A stretch of DNA of 32,000 nt from Candidatus Brocadia sp. Lineage in GTDB: Bacteria; Planctomycetota; Brocadiia; Brocadiales; Brocadiaceae. The notes below the pieces were generated by a model. The model searched no databases and had not been told where the DNA came from. It was given only the letters and a program-made list of their open reading frames with translations. Positions 24,066 to 32,000 of this stretch are shown one piece after another. How positions within the stretch are numbered: position 1 is the first letter of the stretch; the number at the start of each line of letters is the position of its first letter. The translations under genes and the position numbers were made by a program. The stretch spans positions 780,001 through 812,000 of the forward strand of contig CP091279.1 of NCBI GenBank assembly GCA_021650915.1, written 5' to 3'.

Positions 24066-25064
24066 TTAAAAACCATAGCTAACGCCAACAACCGCTTTAA
24101 AATCAGTTTCCTGCTGCTCACCATTGAGGTTTTGAAAAACTGGAAAAAATACTGACGCACCTATCCCCAGATGGGAAGTAACTCCTACGCGGACTCCCGG
24201 CGAAAGGAAAACCGTAGTTCCTCCACTGTCTTTTATGTCCTCCCCGTCTTCCTCATCCCGAAAAAGATATCTTACATTAATTTCTCCAACAGGAGCAAAA
24301 TTTGGGTATTTATTTCTTTGGACCACCTGATACGCAGTCGCAAGATTCCAATCCATACGATCGCCTATTTCAAAGTCTCTTGCCCCCTCGGTACGAAAAG
24401 TATAGTGGACGTTTGTGTCTAATGTCCATTTTTCTGTAAACCAGCGTGAATAGGCTAAGCCCGTTGCAAAATCATAGGAACCGCTCCCCGGCTGTTCCAC
24501 CGCTTCTAATTTTTCTCCATGGTTGTTCTCCTTGTCATCAACACCGGTAGGAAATTTAACGCCTGCCAAAAAAGCATAATGCCCTTGATGCCCGCGCCAG
24601 AAACGGTACTTACCTGAAAGCCATAAATCAGTGATTCCATCGGGATTCGCCTGAAATACCTCAACTTCATCGTCTTCGAGTTCAGACTCGCGAAAGTTGA
24701 TCGCTTCAAACCAACCAAAGCTAAGACCAAACGTCAGATCATCGGTAATACCATACCCCATCTCAACGGTATGGATGAAAGTTCTATCTATGACGTCAAA
24801 AGAACCGGCTTTTTCAGCTTTTCTAAGAAGTTTTGAATCGGAAATGGACTCGAATTCAGTTAATTCCGTTCTTAACCCCAATGAAAATGTTCCACTTTTT
24901 AAAGTAATCGCCGGGATGGTAGTAGCCCCCCCGCCTGTTCCAGGGCCATGATTCGCATCAACATTCGTTCCGCAGAGGAGTAAAAGGAGTACGAATAATG
25001 AACACACATACTTAAATCTACGATTTATAATCCCCATGCTATAACTTCCAAAATAGTTCATCAC
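24066..25064 (-). CDS. Outer-membrane beta-barrel protein (MetA-pathway/transporter-like family)
   Basis: Signal peptide (LFVLLLLLCGTNVDA), alternating amphipathic beta-strand pattern, aromatic C-terminus ...VGVSYGF. Alternative start at 25037. Confidence 0.6.
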   Translation of the reverse strand: MMNYFGSYSMGIINRRFKYVCSLFVLLLLLCGTNVDANHGPGTGGGATTIPAITLKSGTFSLGLRTELTEFESISDSKLLRKAEKAGSFDVIDRTFIHTVEMGYGITDDLTFGLSFGWFEAINFRESELEDDEVEVFQANPDGITDLWLSGKYRFWRGHQGHYAFLAGVKFPTGVDDKENNHGEKLEAVEQPGSGSYDFATGLAYSRWFTEKWTLDTNVHYTFRTEGARDFEIGDRMDWNLATAYQVVQRNKYPNFAPVGEINVRYLFRDEEDGEDIKDSGGTTVFLSPGVRVGVTSHLGIGASVFFPVFQNLNGEQQETDFKAVVGVSYGF

Positions 25065-25113
25065 TGCATGACGGCAATCATTCCTTTTAATTTATGAAAA
25101 TCAAAACGAGAAC

Positions 25114-25239
25114 ACCCGCTTGCAGAGAATTTTAGAAAGACACCGTTGCTGGTTTGAATACATATCAAAATTTATAAAGGAAACGACCTTCTTTAGGAGA
25201 AACATCGAGGCGGTTTTCTTAGAGAGGATACAAGCGGGT
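25114..25239 (-). promoter_or_regulatory. Structured leader candidate upstream of the OMP-YHS-cbiA genes (class unknown)
   Basis: ACCCGCTTG (25114-25122) and CAAGCGGGT (25231-25239) form a 9-bp GC-rich closing helix around ~108 nt. On the minus strand it is followed by GUUCUCGUUUUGAUUUUC. Confidence 0.25.
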
Positions 25240-25332
25240 CAGAAAGGGTAATTGAGATGTCATTAAAGAGAAAACACAGAAATAACCTCTTTGTTAGTTG
25301 AATTTGGTTCTCCACTCCTCTCTTACCCATTA

Positions 25333-26115
25333 TTATTTCATTCCCTTCAACTTCTCACTTTCTTGCTTCATTGCATGGTTTAAATTTTCTTGCCATTTAA
25401 TCCCATAATGCCTTTCAAGCCAACTTTCAATATGCCCCTGCCAGAGATGATATGCCTGTTTTATACTTTCGATCTTTGGATGAACTTTGGAAGTATACAA
25501 AACACACGCTGACTTTGGCGCTTCTAAAAGAAAATATTCTGCAGGTTTTTCATCCCAGATAGCGCTAATCTTACCGACATTTTCACAGAGATTTAGCTTT
25601 TTTCGTATCTCTTCTGCAGTAAAACCGGGGGCAATTTTTTTTAAAAATTTTTGATCGTCCCTGATAGCAAAATATAGCCGAAAGATATGTTTGTGTTTCA
25701 GGGTAATGTAGTCCTCCGGCGCAAGGTATTCGTTGTAGATGCAAGGAGCAGGGATATCATGCATAAAGCTGTCTGGCTTATCAGGAAATTCATTGCAGGT
25801 ATAGGGACGATACTTCTTACCAAAGATTCCGCATCGCAACAATGCACCGATAGAATGCCCTGTTGGCGTAATCAATCCCCTTAAATAAAATTCCAGACAT
25901 TTGCAAGGGTTGAACACGATATCCTTCGACTGAAGGGCCGTATAAAGCAGTTTGATACCATAAGATGCGTTCCTTCGTTTTAAAAATACCTTTGTGACAC
26001 CCAAATGATTTTGATTCCTGGGGATGCTCGTAAAACAGCATATTCCATCAGCGCAGACGTCGTTAACAAAACCAATATTCTTACCGCAACCAGAGCTACC
26101 GGGATCAGTTCTCAT
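25333..26115 (-). CDS. Cys-rich hypothetical protein (possibly YkgJ/UPF0153-like metal-cluster protein)
   Basis: Cys clusters (GCGKN...CADGICC; CKC...; RCGIFGKKYRPYTCNEFP, resembling the C.IY..RP..C..FP motif). ATG 26115 overlaps the cbiQ stop as ATGA; the ORF-track start 26160 is unlikely. Confidence 0.35.
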   Translation of the reverse strand: MRTDPGSSGCGKNIGFVNDVCADGICCFTSIPRNQNHLGVTKVFLKRRNASYGIKLLYTALQSKDIVFNPCKCLEFYLRGLITPTGHSIGALLRCGIFGKKYRPYTCNEFPDKPDSFMHDIPAPCIYNEYLAPEDYITLKHKHIFRLYFAIRDDQKFLKKIAPGFTAEEIRKKLNLCENVGKISAIWDEKPAEYFLLEAPKSACVLYTSKVHPKIESIKQAYHLWQGHIESWLERHYGIKWQENLNHAMKQESEKLKGMK

Positions 26116-26915
26116 AATGATAATCCATACCAGACATTGACATTCCTGCTTTTTATACATTCTATTTTATAAACAAGACCGAAGACAATACAAAGTAACG
26201 AGGCGATTATACCCGTTATAAATAAAAAATCCAGAGATGATATCCTGAAATCTTTGTTACTGCTCATTTCTCCTGGGAATCCCTGAAGGACTGCCATCTC
26301 ATGCCTTTCATCAGGCTGCCCAAGTGCCTTGCTCGTTAATATTCCGGCCATAAATCCGATAACGCGAAGCGGTTGCCTGCAGCGGGCACCAAAAAATCGC
26401 AGATATTTATCCTGCAACAGATGTCTTGTCTTGTATAAAAACAGAAAGAGACAACAATACACAAAATACAAAAGTCTGATCAGAAGACGTGGGAAATGAA
26501 GTAATTCTAATCCCTTTAAAAAATCTGACAAGGTTGTAGTTAAGGAGATAATGATAAGGAGAAGAGAAGACAGGCTTGACTTCACTGCGATGGAGAGAAA
26601 TGTCCAGACACCTTTATCCGTAATTTCTACTTTCCAATAACCTATGTGCATGGACAAACAGACGAACCCTGTCTTTATAAAGGGGACGATCATTGCAATG
26701 ACAACTACCCATGGAATCAAAAGGGAAATTCTTTTTAATATCTGCCCTGGTGTAATCCTGGCGAGAAACACGATTGCTAATAGTATCAGGAAATAGAGCC
26801 CAAAATCCCTGAAACGGGTGATGGGGGTCAGGATTATGCAACAGAACATTGCCAGAAATGATATGATCTTCGACCGTGGGTCGAGTTTTTCTAACATACC
26901 AGCCATTTTAAGCAC
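26112..26915 (-). CDS. cbiQ: ECF-transporter transmembrane (T) component, CbiQ/EcfT family
   Basis: LDPRSKII start motif, multiple TM helices, conserved C-terminal Arg-rich loops, and a cobalamin context. Starts at 26906 or 26897 are also possible. Confidence 0.6.
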   Translation of the reverse strand: MLKMAGMLEKLDPRSKIISFLAMFCCIILTPITRFRDFGLYFLILLAIVFLARITPGQILKRISLLIPWVVVIAMIVPFIKTGFVCLSMHIGYWKVEITDKGVWTFLSIAVKSSLSSLLLIIISLTTTLSDFLKGLELLHFPRLLIRLLYFVYCCLFLFLYKTRHLLQDKYLRFFGARCRQPLRVIGFMAGILTSKALGQPDERHEMAVLQGFPGEMSSNKDFRISSLDFLFITGIIASLLCIVFGLVYKIECIKSRNVNVWYGLSL

Positions 26916-27862
26916 AGAATAACCCCAATTCCACTGATTAAAAACAATACAGCCGTAATATAAAGAATCTTTACGGCGTGATCAATCGAATTTACAGTTA
27001 AATGATTGTGTGCATCTCCAATCAATGGTTTGTCAACAACCTCACCCTGGTAAGTGCTTGGCCCCCCTAACTGGACTCCCAACGCCCCAGCCATTGCGGC
27101 CTCCGGAATACCACTATTGGGGCTTTCATGCTTACGCCCATCACGGAAAGCTATCCGTAAAGACCTTATAAATCCGTAACCGCAGAGAAATGAGGCGGCA
27201 GGAATTAATACCGCACTCATCCTTGCAGGGATATAATTGGCTGCATCATCAAAACGTGCCGACGCCCAACCAAACCGGATATATTTTTCGTTCTTATACC
27301 CAACCATAGAATCCAGGGTATTTATCGCCCGATAGGCCATGGCACCAGCAGGCCCCCACAGGAAAGAATAAAACAATGGCGACACAACACCATCAACGCT
27401 ACTCTCTGCAATGGTTTCCACGCATGCCCTTACGATTTGTTCCTCAGTAAGATGTGCCGTATCCCTCCCGACAATCATCGACAACGTTTGTCTGGCCATT
27501 ATTACATCATTTTTCCTGAGACAACCCATAATCTTTCTTGCCTCACCAGCCAGGCTTTTTACGGAAATTGCGAAATAAATACAAATAGCGCCGATTACCG
27601 TTTCACAGGGATAACGGCATTGTTTGGCAAGAAGTAGTATGGCAAAAATTGCCAGATACGTTCCCATCACAACGACGACGGTTAACAATATTCCGTTGAT
27701 ACGGTCAGGGAGGATACATTTTCGTAATACGAATTCCGCCCGTTCTATAAATCTTCCTATGAGTCGAACCGGATGATATGACCATTGAGGGTCACCAATG
27801 GCCAAGTCTATGAGAAAGGCCACTGCCACTTGGACGAGATCAGCATACAAGGGAGCAATCAT
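26891..27862 (-). CDS. cbiB: Adenosylcobinamide-phosphate synthase CbiB/CobD
   Basis: AFLIDLAIGDPQWSYHPVRLIGRFI, NGILLTV, DSMVGYKN and GWASARFDDAANYIPAR are CbiB signatures. Start set at ATG 27862, because the upstream 19 codons of the ORF are the translation of a terminator U-run. Confidence 0.9.
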   Translation of the reverse strand: MIAPLYADLVQVAVAFLIDLAIGDPQWSYHPVRLIGRFIERAEFVLRKCILPDRINGILLTVVVVMGTYLAIFAILLLAKQCRYPCETVIGAICIYFAISVKSLAGEARKIMGCLRKNDVIMARQTLSMIVGRDTAHLTEEQIVRACVETIAESSVDGVVSPLFYSFLWGPAGAMAYRAINTLDSMVGYKNEKYIRFGWASARFDDAANYIPARMSAVLIPAASFLCGYGFIRSLRIAFRDGRKHESPNSGIPEAAMAGALGVQLGGPSTYQGEVVDKPLIGDAHNHLTVNSIDHAVKILYITAVLFLISGIGVILCLKWLVC

Positions 27863-27888
27863 GATACAGAAATAAAACCGGTAAACAC

Positions 27889-27990
27889 AAAAAAAGAGCC
27901 AGAAACCAGAATTCATCAATCGAAATGAAAGACCACTTTGATACCGTAAGCGGTCTTCAATTCTGAATCAAGAACTCTGGCAACTGGCCC
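27889..27990 (-). terminator. Large compound stem-loop plus U7: dnaK terminator and/or attenuator in front of cbiB
   Basis: On the minus strand, GGGCCAG (plus 27984-27990) pairs with CUGGCUC (27896-27902), followed by UUUUUUU (27889-27895). Nested helices are CAGAAUU/GAAUUCUG and AAGACCGC/GUGGUCUU (27929-27957). The U-run ends 27 nt before the cbiB ATG. Confidence 0.5.
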
Positions 27991-28068
27991 CTTTCGAAAC
28001 AGGTACGCAACGTTTAGTTATTCATTCTCAGACGAGTGCTTCACCGAAAAGATATCACGATTTTAAAA

Positions 28069-29937
28069 CTATTCCTTCACTTCATAATCTGCATCGATTA
28101 TTTCACCCTCTCCACCCTCCCCTTTTTTCCCTTTGCTTTTCTTGTCTTCATCCCCCGGTGGAGGCGGTGGCTGCTGCTCTCCTTGTTTGGCAGATTGCTC
28201 ATATACTTTTGAACTGATTTCATGCAAGGCGCTGGTTAAGGCATCCATTTTTTGCTGAATATCTTTTTCATCATCCGCTTTAACCGATTCTCTTAACTCC
28301 TTAATTGCAGACTCAATCTTCTGCTTCTGAGAGTCGTCGATCTTGCTGGCTACGTCTTTAAGGGTTTTTTCTGCACTGTAAGCCAGAGTATCTGCCTTGT
28401 TTTTTGTCTCAGCCCTTTCTTTTGCCTGTTTGTCCTGGTCTGCGTATTCCTGTGACTGCTTAACCATCCGGTCGATATCGTCCTTATTTAATTTGGTCGA
28501 CGCCGTGATGGTAATCTTTTGCTCGTTTCCTGTACCCAAGTCCTTTGCATGGACATTAATGATGCCATTGGCATCAATATCGAATGATACCTCAACCTGA
28601 GGAACGCCCCTTGGTGCAGGTGGGATACCGGACAAATGAAATCTTCCCAGGGTTACATTGTCTCTGGCCATTGACCTTTCACCCTGAAGGACGTGCACTT
28701 CAACGCTGGTCTGATTATCTTCCGCCGTTGTAAAGACCTGGCTTTTCTTCGTTGGGATCGTAGTATTTCTTTCAATTAAATGGGTAAACACACCGCCAAG
28801 GGTTTCTATGCCGAGCGATAGTGGTGTCACATCCAGAAGCACAAGATCTTTGACCTCTCCCGACAAAACGCCGGCCTGGATTGCGGCGCCCATGGCAACG
28901 CACTCCATCGGATCAATGCCCCGTTCGATCTTTTTTCCAACATAATCTTCCACAAATTTTTGAACGATAGGCATCCTTGTTGGTCCACCCACCAGAATAA
29001 TCTTGTGAATGTCATTCGGCGTCAATTTGGCATCTTTTAGCGCCTGTTCAACCGACTGACCGCATCGATTCACAATCGGTGAAACCAATTGTTCCAGTTT
29101 TGCCCGGGTTATTGCATGGGTGAAGTGTTTTGGTCCCGATGCATCAGCCGTAAGGAAGGGCAGGTTGATATCCGTGGTTAACGTTGTGGAAAGTTCGATC
29201 TTGGCCTTTTCTCCGGCCTCCCGTAATCGCTGCATAGCCATCTTGTCGTTTTTGAGATCGATTCCATATTCTTTCTTGAACTCAGACACCAGGTAGTCCA
29301 CAATGGTGTTATCCATATCGGTGCCACCCAATTGGGTATCGCCGCTCGTTGAGACCACCTCAAAAACACCCTGACCAAAGTCCATTATGGTACAATCCAA
29401 AGTACCACCGCCCAAATCGAACACCAGAATTTTTTGAGATTCTTCAACCTTGTCCAACCCATAGGCAAGTGATGCCGCGGTAGGCTCGTTAATAATACGG
29501 ACAACATCTAATCCGGCAATCGTCCCAGCATCTTTCGTGGCTTGCCTTTGGTTATCGTTGAAATAAGCCGGAACCGTGATTACGGCCTTTTCAACCCGTT
29601 CACCAAGAAAAGCCTCCGCGTCCTGCTTTATCTTTTGCAGAATAAATGCTGAGATTTGCTGTGGAGTAAAGGTTTTGCCCCGAATGGTGACTTTGTAATC
29701 GGTGCCCATCTTTCTCTTAATTGCATAAATAGTGCCTTCCGGGTTGCTGACAGCCTGTCTTCTTGCGGGTTCGCCCACCAGTTTTTCTCCGTCTTTGGTG
29801 AAAGCGACATACGAAGGAAATGCCTTTCCACCAACGGTTGCGCCTTCTGCACTGGGAATAATCGTAGGCTTGCCACCAATCAAAACAGCAGCAGCAGAGT
29901 TACTTGTCCCTAAGTCTATACCAATTATCTTTGCCAT
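28069..29937 (-). CDS. dnaK: Molecular chaperone DnaK (Hsp70)
   Basis: [27 protein letters not shown] and a C-terminal acidic tail; 622 aa. Confidence 0.97.
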   Translation of the reverse strand: MAKIIGIDLGTSNSAAAVLIGGKPTIIPSAEGATVGGKAFPSYVAFTKDGEKLVGEPARRQAVSNPEGTIYAIKRKMGTDYKVTIRGKTFTPQQISAFILQKIKQDAEAFLGERVEKAVITVPAYFNDNQRQATKDAGTIAGLDVVRIINEPTAASLAYGLDKVEESQKILVFDLGGGTLDCTIMDFGQGVFEVVSTSGDTQLGGTDMDNTIVDYLVSEFKKEYGIDLKNDKMAMQRLREAGEKAKIELSTTLTTDINLPFLTADASGPKHFTHAITRAKLEQLVSPIVNRCGQSVEQALKDAKLTPNDIHKIILVGGPTRMPIVQKFVEDYVGKKIERGIDPMECVAMGAAIQAGVLSGEVKDLVLLDVTPLSLGIETLGGVFTHLIERNTTIPTKKSQVFTTAEDNQTSVEVHVLQGERSMARDNVTLGRFHLSGIPPAPRGVPQVEVSFDIDANGIINVHAKDLGTGNEQKITITASTKLNKDDIDRMVKQSQEYADQDKQAKERAETKNKADTLAYSAEKTLKDVASKIDDSQKQKIESAIKELRESVKADDEKDIQQKMDALTSALHEISSKVYEQSAKQGEQQPPPPPGDEDKKSKGKKGEGGEGEIIDADYEVKE

Positions 29938-29940
29938 TTC

Positions 29941-30552
29941 TTAACCTCCTTTTTCCTCTTCTGGCTTTTCTGGTTCCTGAGTAGTTTCCGATATTTTTGA
30001 TTTCTGAGATACAACTACTTTCGCGGCTCTTAACACTAAATTATTTAATAGATAACCTCGTTGAATCTCCTCCAATACAGTATCTTCAGGCACATCATTA
30101 TTAACCTTTTGCATCATGACCTCATGCTTATAGACGTCTAAGTGCAAACCCACAGAAGGTATTGGTTCCAGGCCTTCCGACTTCAAGATACGTGAAAATT
30201 CCTTGTAAATCATTTTAACCCCTTCAAGAAGATCATTTTCTTTTGTATCCGTCGTTGTGCAGACTGCTTTTCCCAAGCACTCGTAAATATCCAGGAGTTT
30301 TTTAATGAGTGACTCAGCAGCAGTACGCTCAATCGTTTGACGTTCTTTTGCAGCCCATTTTTTATAGTTTTCAAAATCTGCTGCCAGGCGTCGCATCGAT
30401 TCCTGAAGTTCGCTAATTCTCTTCTTATTTACCTCGAGTTCCTGTTTCAGTGATTGAATTATTATTTGCTGTTCTGCAAACAATACCTCAGAAGGTTGCA
30501 CAACTTCCATTTTTTCGGATGGATTAGCATCCTTTTCTGTTCCATTCGACAT
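29941..30552 (-). CDS. grpE: Nucleotide exchange factor GrpE
   Basis: Coiled-coil N-terminus then RLAADFENYKKWAAKE (GrpE R.AEFENYRKR-like) and a C-terminal beta-domain. Sits directly upstream of dnaK with a 3-nt gap. Confidence 0.9.
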   Translation of the reverse strand: MSNGTEKDANPSEKMEVVQPSEVLFAEQQIIIQSLKQELEVNKKRISELQESMRRLAADFENYKKWAAKERQTIERTAAESLIKKLLDIYECLGKAVCTTTDTKENDLLEGVKMIYKEFSRILKSEGLEPIPSVGLHLDVYKHEVMMQKVNNDVPEDTVLEEIQRGYLLNNLVLRAAKVVVSQKSKISETTQEPEKPEEEKGG

Positions 30553-30618
30553 GGTAATCTTACCCTAAATAATCTTCCCAAAATACAACTTTTGCAGACT
30601 TATTTCACAAATATGGTT

Positions 30619-30649
30619 ATTATAATACCATAATTAAAATCTCTGTCAA
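30619..30649 (-). promoter_or_regulatory. Sigma-70-type promoter candidate for grpE-dnaK
   Basis: Minus strand TTGACA (30649-30644), then either a 16-nt spacer to TATTAT or a 19-nt spacer to TATAAT (30624-30619). A short palindrome, ATGGT-N9-ACCAT, overlaps the -10. No CIRCE element seen. Confidence 0.4.
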
Positions 30650-30669
30650 CGAGTTGCTGACGGAATCAG

Positions 30670-31365
30670 CTACATCCCGCCTTCTCTTAAAATTTTTGCA
30701 AGCATCGCTACCTGCCGAAGAGGAATGCTGGTCTCATGCAACCCTTTTATGGTTGCTTCAATGTCATAGTGAACCCGTTTTATCTCAGCATGTCCATCCT
30801 CCCATACTGCATACGACGCCATAGGAATGCCATCACGCGGCTGACCTACACTTCCAGGATTTACCACCGTAACGCCCCTGATCATACGAACCATGGGCAA
30901 GTGGGTGTGTCCCAGAAAGACGACGTCGGCAGAAACATCCGTTAGTTCTGAATCCCATTGCTCGTCGGAGACATCTGGCCTGAGATATTTATAAAGATCA
31001 CCGCCGGGTGACCCATGTGATAATAAAAATTTTTTCCCATCGCTTTCTAAAAGTGCCGATACGGGTAAATTACCAAGATATTCTTTTTCTTCTGCATTTA
31101 AAACAGCCCTCGAAAACACCTTCCCGGCATTACTAAGTTCCTGATATTTCACGGAACACCCGCACTCTGCATTCCTGCCAATAGCGTTATCGTGATTTCC
31201 CCGAACTACCGTGTTGGTTAATCCTCTGATCCTCTCCATACAGAGACGAGGATAATGTCCGTAATTCACTATGTCACCAAGACAAAAAACCATATCGGCG
31301 CGTTCTGAGACCGCGTCTAATGCCGCCAAATTGCCATGAACGTCTGAAATGACCAGGATCTTCAT
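30670..31365 (-). CDS. Metallophosphoesterase (YfcE/MJ0936-type)
   Basis: MKILVISDVHGN, GDIVNYG, GNHD, GHTH and GS.G are calcineurin-like phosphoesterase motifs. ATG 31365; the ORF opens with GTG at 31371. Confidence 0.85.
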   Translation of the reverse strand: MKILVISDVHGNLAALDAVSERADMVFCLGDIVNYGHYPRLCMERIRGLTNTVVRGNHDNAIGRNAECGCSVKYQELSNAGKVFSRAVLNAEEKEYLGNLPVSALLESDGKKFLLSHGSPGGDLYKYLRPDVSDEQWDSELTDVSADVVFLGHTHLPMVRMIRGVTVVNPGSVGQPRDGIPMASYAVWEDGHAEIKRVHYDIEATIKGLHETSIPLRQVAMLAKILREGGM

Positions 31366-31530
31366 GTACACGGTATCATTTGACTACTCAGTATAAATAG
31401 TTCGTAAAACTATGTATTATACTGATATAATATTGCTAATCAAGCACTATCTGATACCTTTAAATAACCCTGCGCGTTTTGGTAGTCAGCCCGTACCCGC
31501 GTGCTATAAATCGGAGGAGAAAAATTTATT

Positions 31531-32000
31531 ATGAGGATTGTTGAAAACCTTGTGACGTTTCGTTTAAGACTTAAAAATTCCCCTGGTACCCTTGGAAAGG
31601 CCCTTACGACCATCGGCAAGTCGGGTGGAAGTATGGGTAACATTCAAATTATTAAGGCCGACAAGGATTTTAAAATCAGGGATCTGGCAGTGTATGTTAG
31701 CACCGACGAACAAGTTAAAGAAATTGTGAACACGCTTTCTGCCCTTGGAAAAGACCATGTTGAGGTCATTTCTGTTAAGGACAAGGTCTTTGAACTCCAT
31801 GAAAAGGGAAAGATTTCCATAAGTAACCGCATTGGCATTACGACATTTGAAGACCTTTCACGGGTTTATACCCCTGGTGTAGCCAAAGTATGCAAGGCGA
31901 TCCAGAAGCGTCCGGAACTGGCAAGGGAATATACGATCATCAAAAATACCGTCGCCGTTGTCACCGACGGCACGGCAATCCTGGGATTAGGTGATATTGG
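31531..32000 (+). CDS. NAD(P)-dependent malic enzyme with N-terminal ACT domain (5' partial, runs off the window)
   Basis: Hand-translated: MRIVENLVTFRLRLKNSPGTLGKALTTIGKSGGSMGNIQII... (ACT-like), then HEKGKI...DLSRVYTPGVAKVCKAI...YTIIKNTVAVVTDGTAILGLGDIG (malic enzyme N-terminal signature). GGAGGAG RBS at 31513-31519. Confidence 0.85.
   Translation, partial: MRIVENLVTFRLRLKNSPGTLGKALTTIGKSGGSMGNIQIIKADKDFKIRDLAVYVSTDEQVKEIVNTLSALGKDHVEVISVKDKVFELHEKGKISISNRIGITTFEDLSRVYTPGVAKVCKAIQKRPELAREYTIIKNTVAVVTDGTAILGLGDI

Noticed and set aside
25065-25332. Cobalamin riboswitch upstream of the OMP-YHS-cbiA genes
   Set aside because: The context is attractive, but I could not find the B12 box, GCCACUG or AGGGAA core elements in either orientation. 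It is kept only as an unclassified structured leader.
30553-30669. CIRCE (HrcA operator) upstream of grpE-dnaK
   Set aside because: No TTAGCACTC-N9-GAGTGCTAA-like inverted repeat is present. Only a sigma-70-like promoter and a short AT-rich palindrome are seen.

Overview
AT-rich bacterial chromosomal window with three blocks. (1) 0.5-5.1 kb, minus strand: purM, a membrane-anchored GT2 glycosyltransferase, a B12-binding radical SAM enzyme and folA. (2) 5.3-22.1 kb, plus strand: one long chemotaxis cluster. Its order is small HTH gene, cheY, cheX, CheX-like/REC fusion, cheA, [pseudogene cassette + IS transposase], dCache MCP, hemerythrin, cheW, heme-c-sensor MCP, cheD, cheC, cheY, cheR, cheB. 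(3) 22.1-32 kb: a minus-strand cobalamin/metal block (cbiB, cbiQ, Cys-rich ORF, OM beta-barrel, double-YHS lipoprotein, cbiA), then grpE-dnaK, a YfcE-type phosphoesterase and the 5' part of an ACT-malic enzyme. The most unusual signal lies between the che genes rather than in them. At least five intergenic junctions carry inverted-repeat-bracketed insertions. Three are four-helix-bundle (23S-rRNA-IVS-protein family) genes, each inactivated differently: a 1-nt frameshift, heavy decay, and a 151-bp MITE with perfect 24-bp TIRs and an 8-bp target duplication. One is an intact GxxExxY gene and one is an ORF-less inverted repeat. All ORF-bearing insertions are co-oriented with the operon. A second notable point is that CheA carries two tandem 24-residue MshEN-type (c-di-GMP-receptor-like) motifs where a P2 domain is expected. 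No rRNA, tRNA or CRISPR array was seen. All calls rest on manual reading of the sequence and remembered family signatures; no database search was run.
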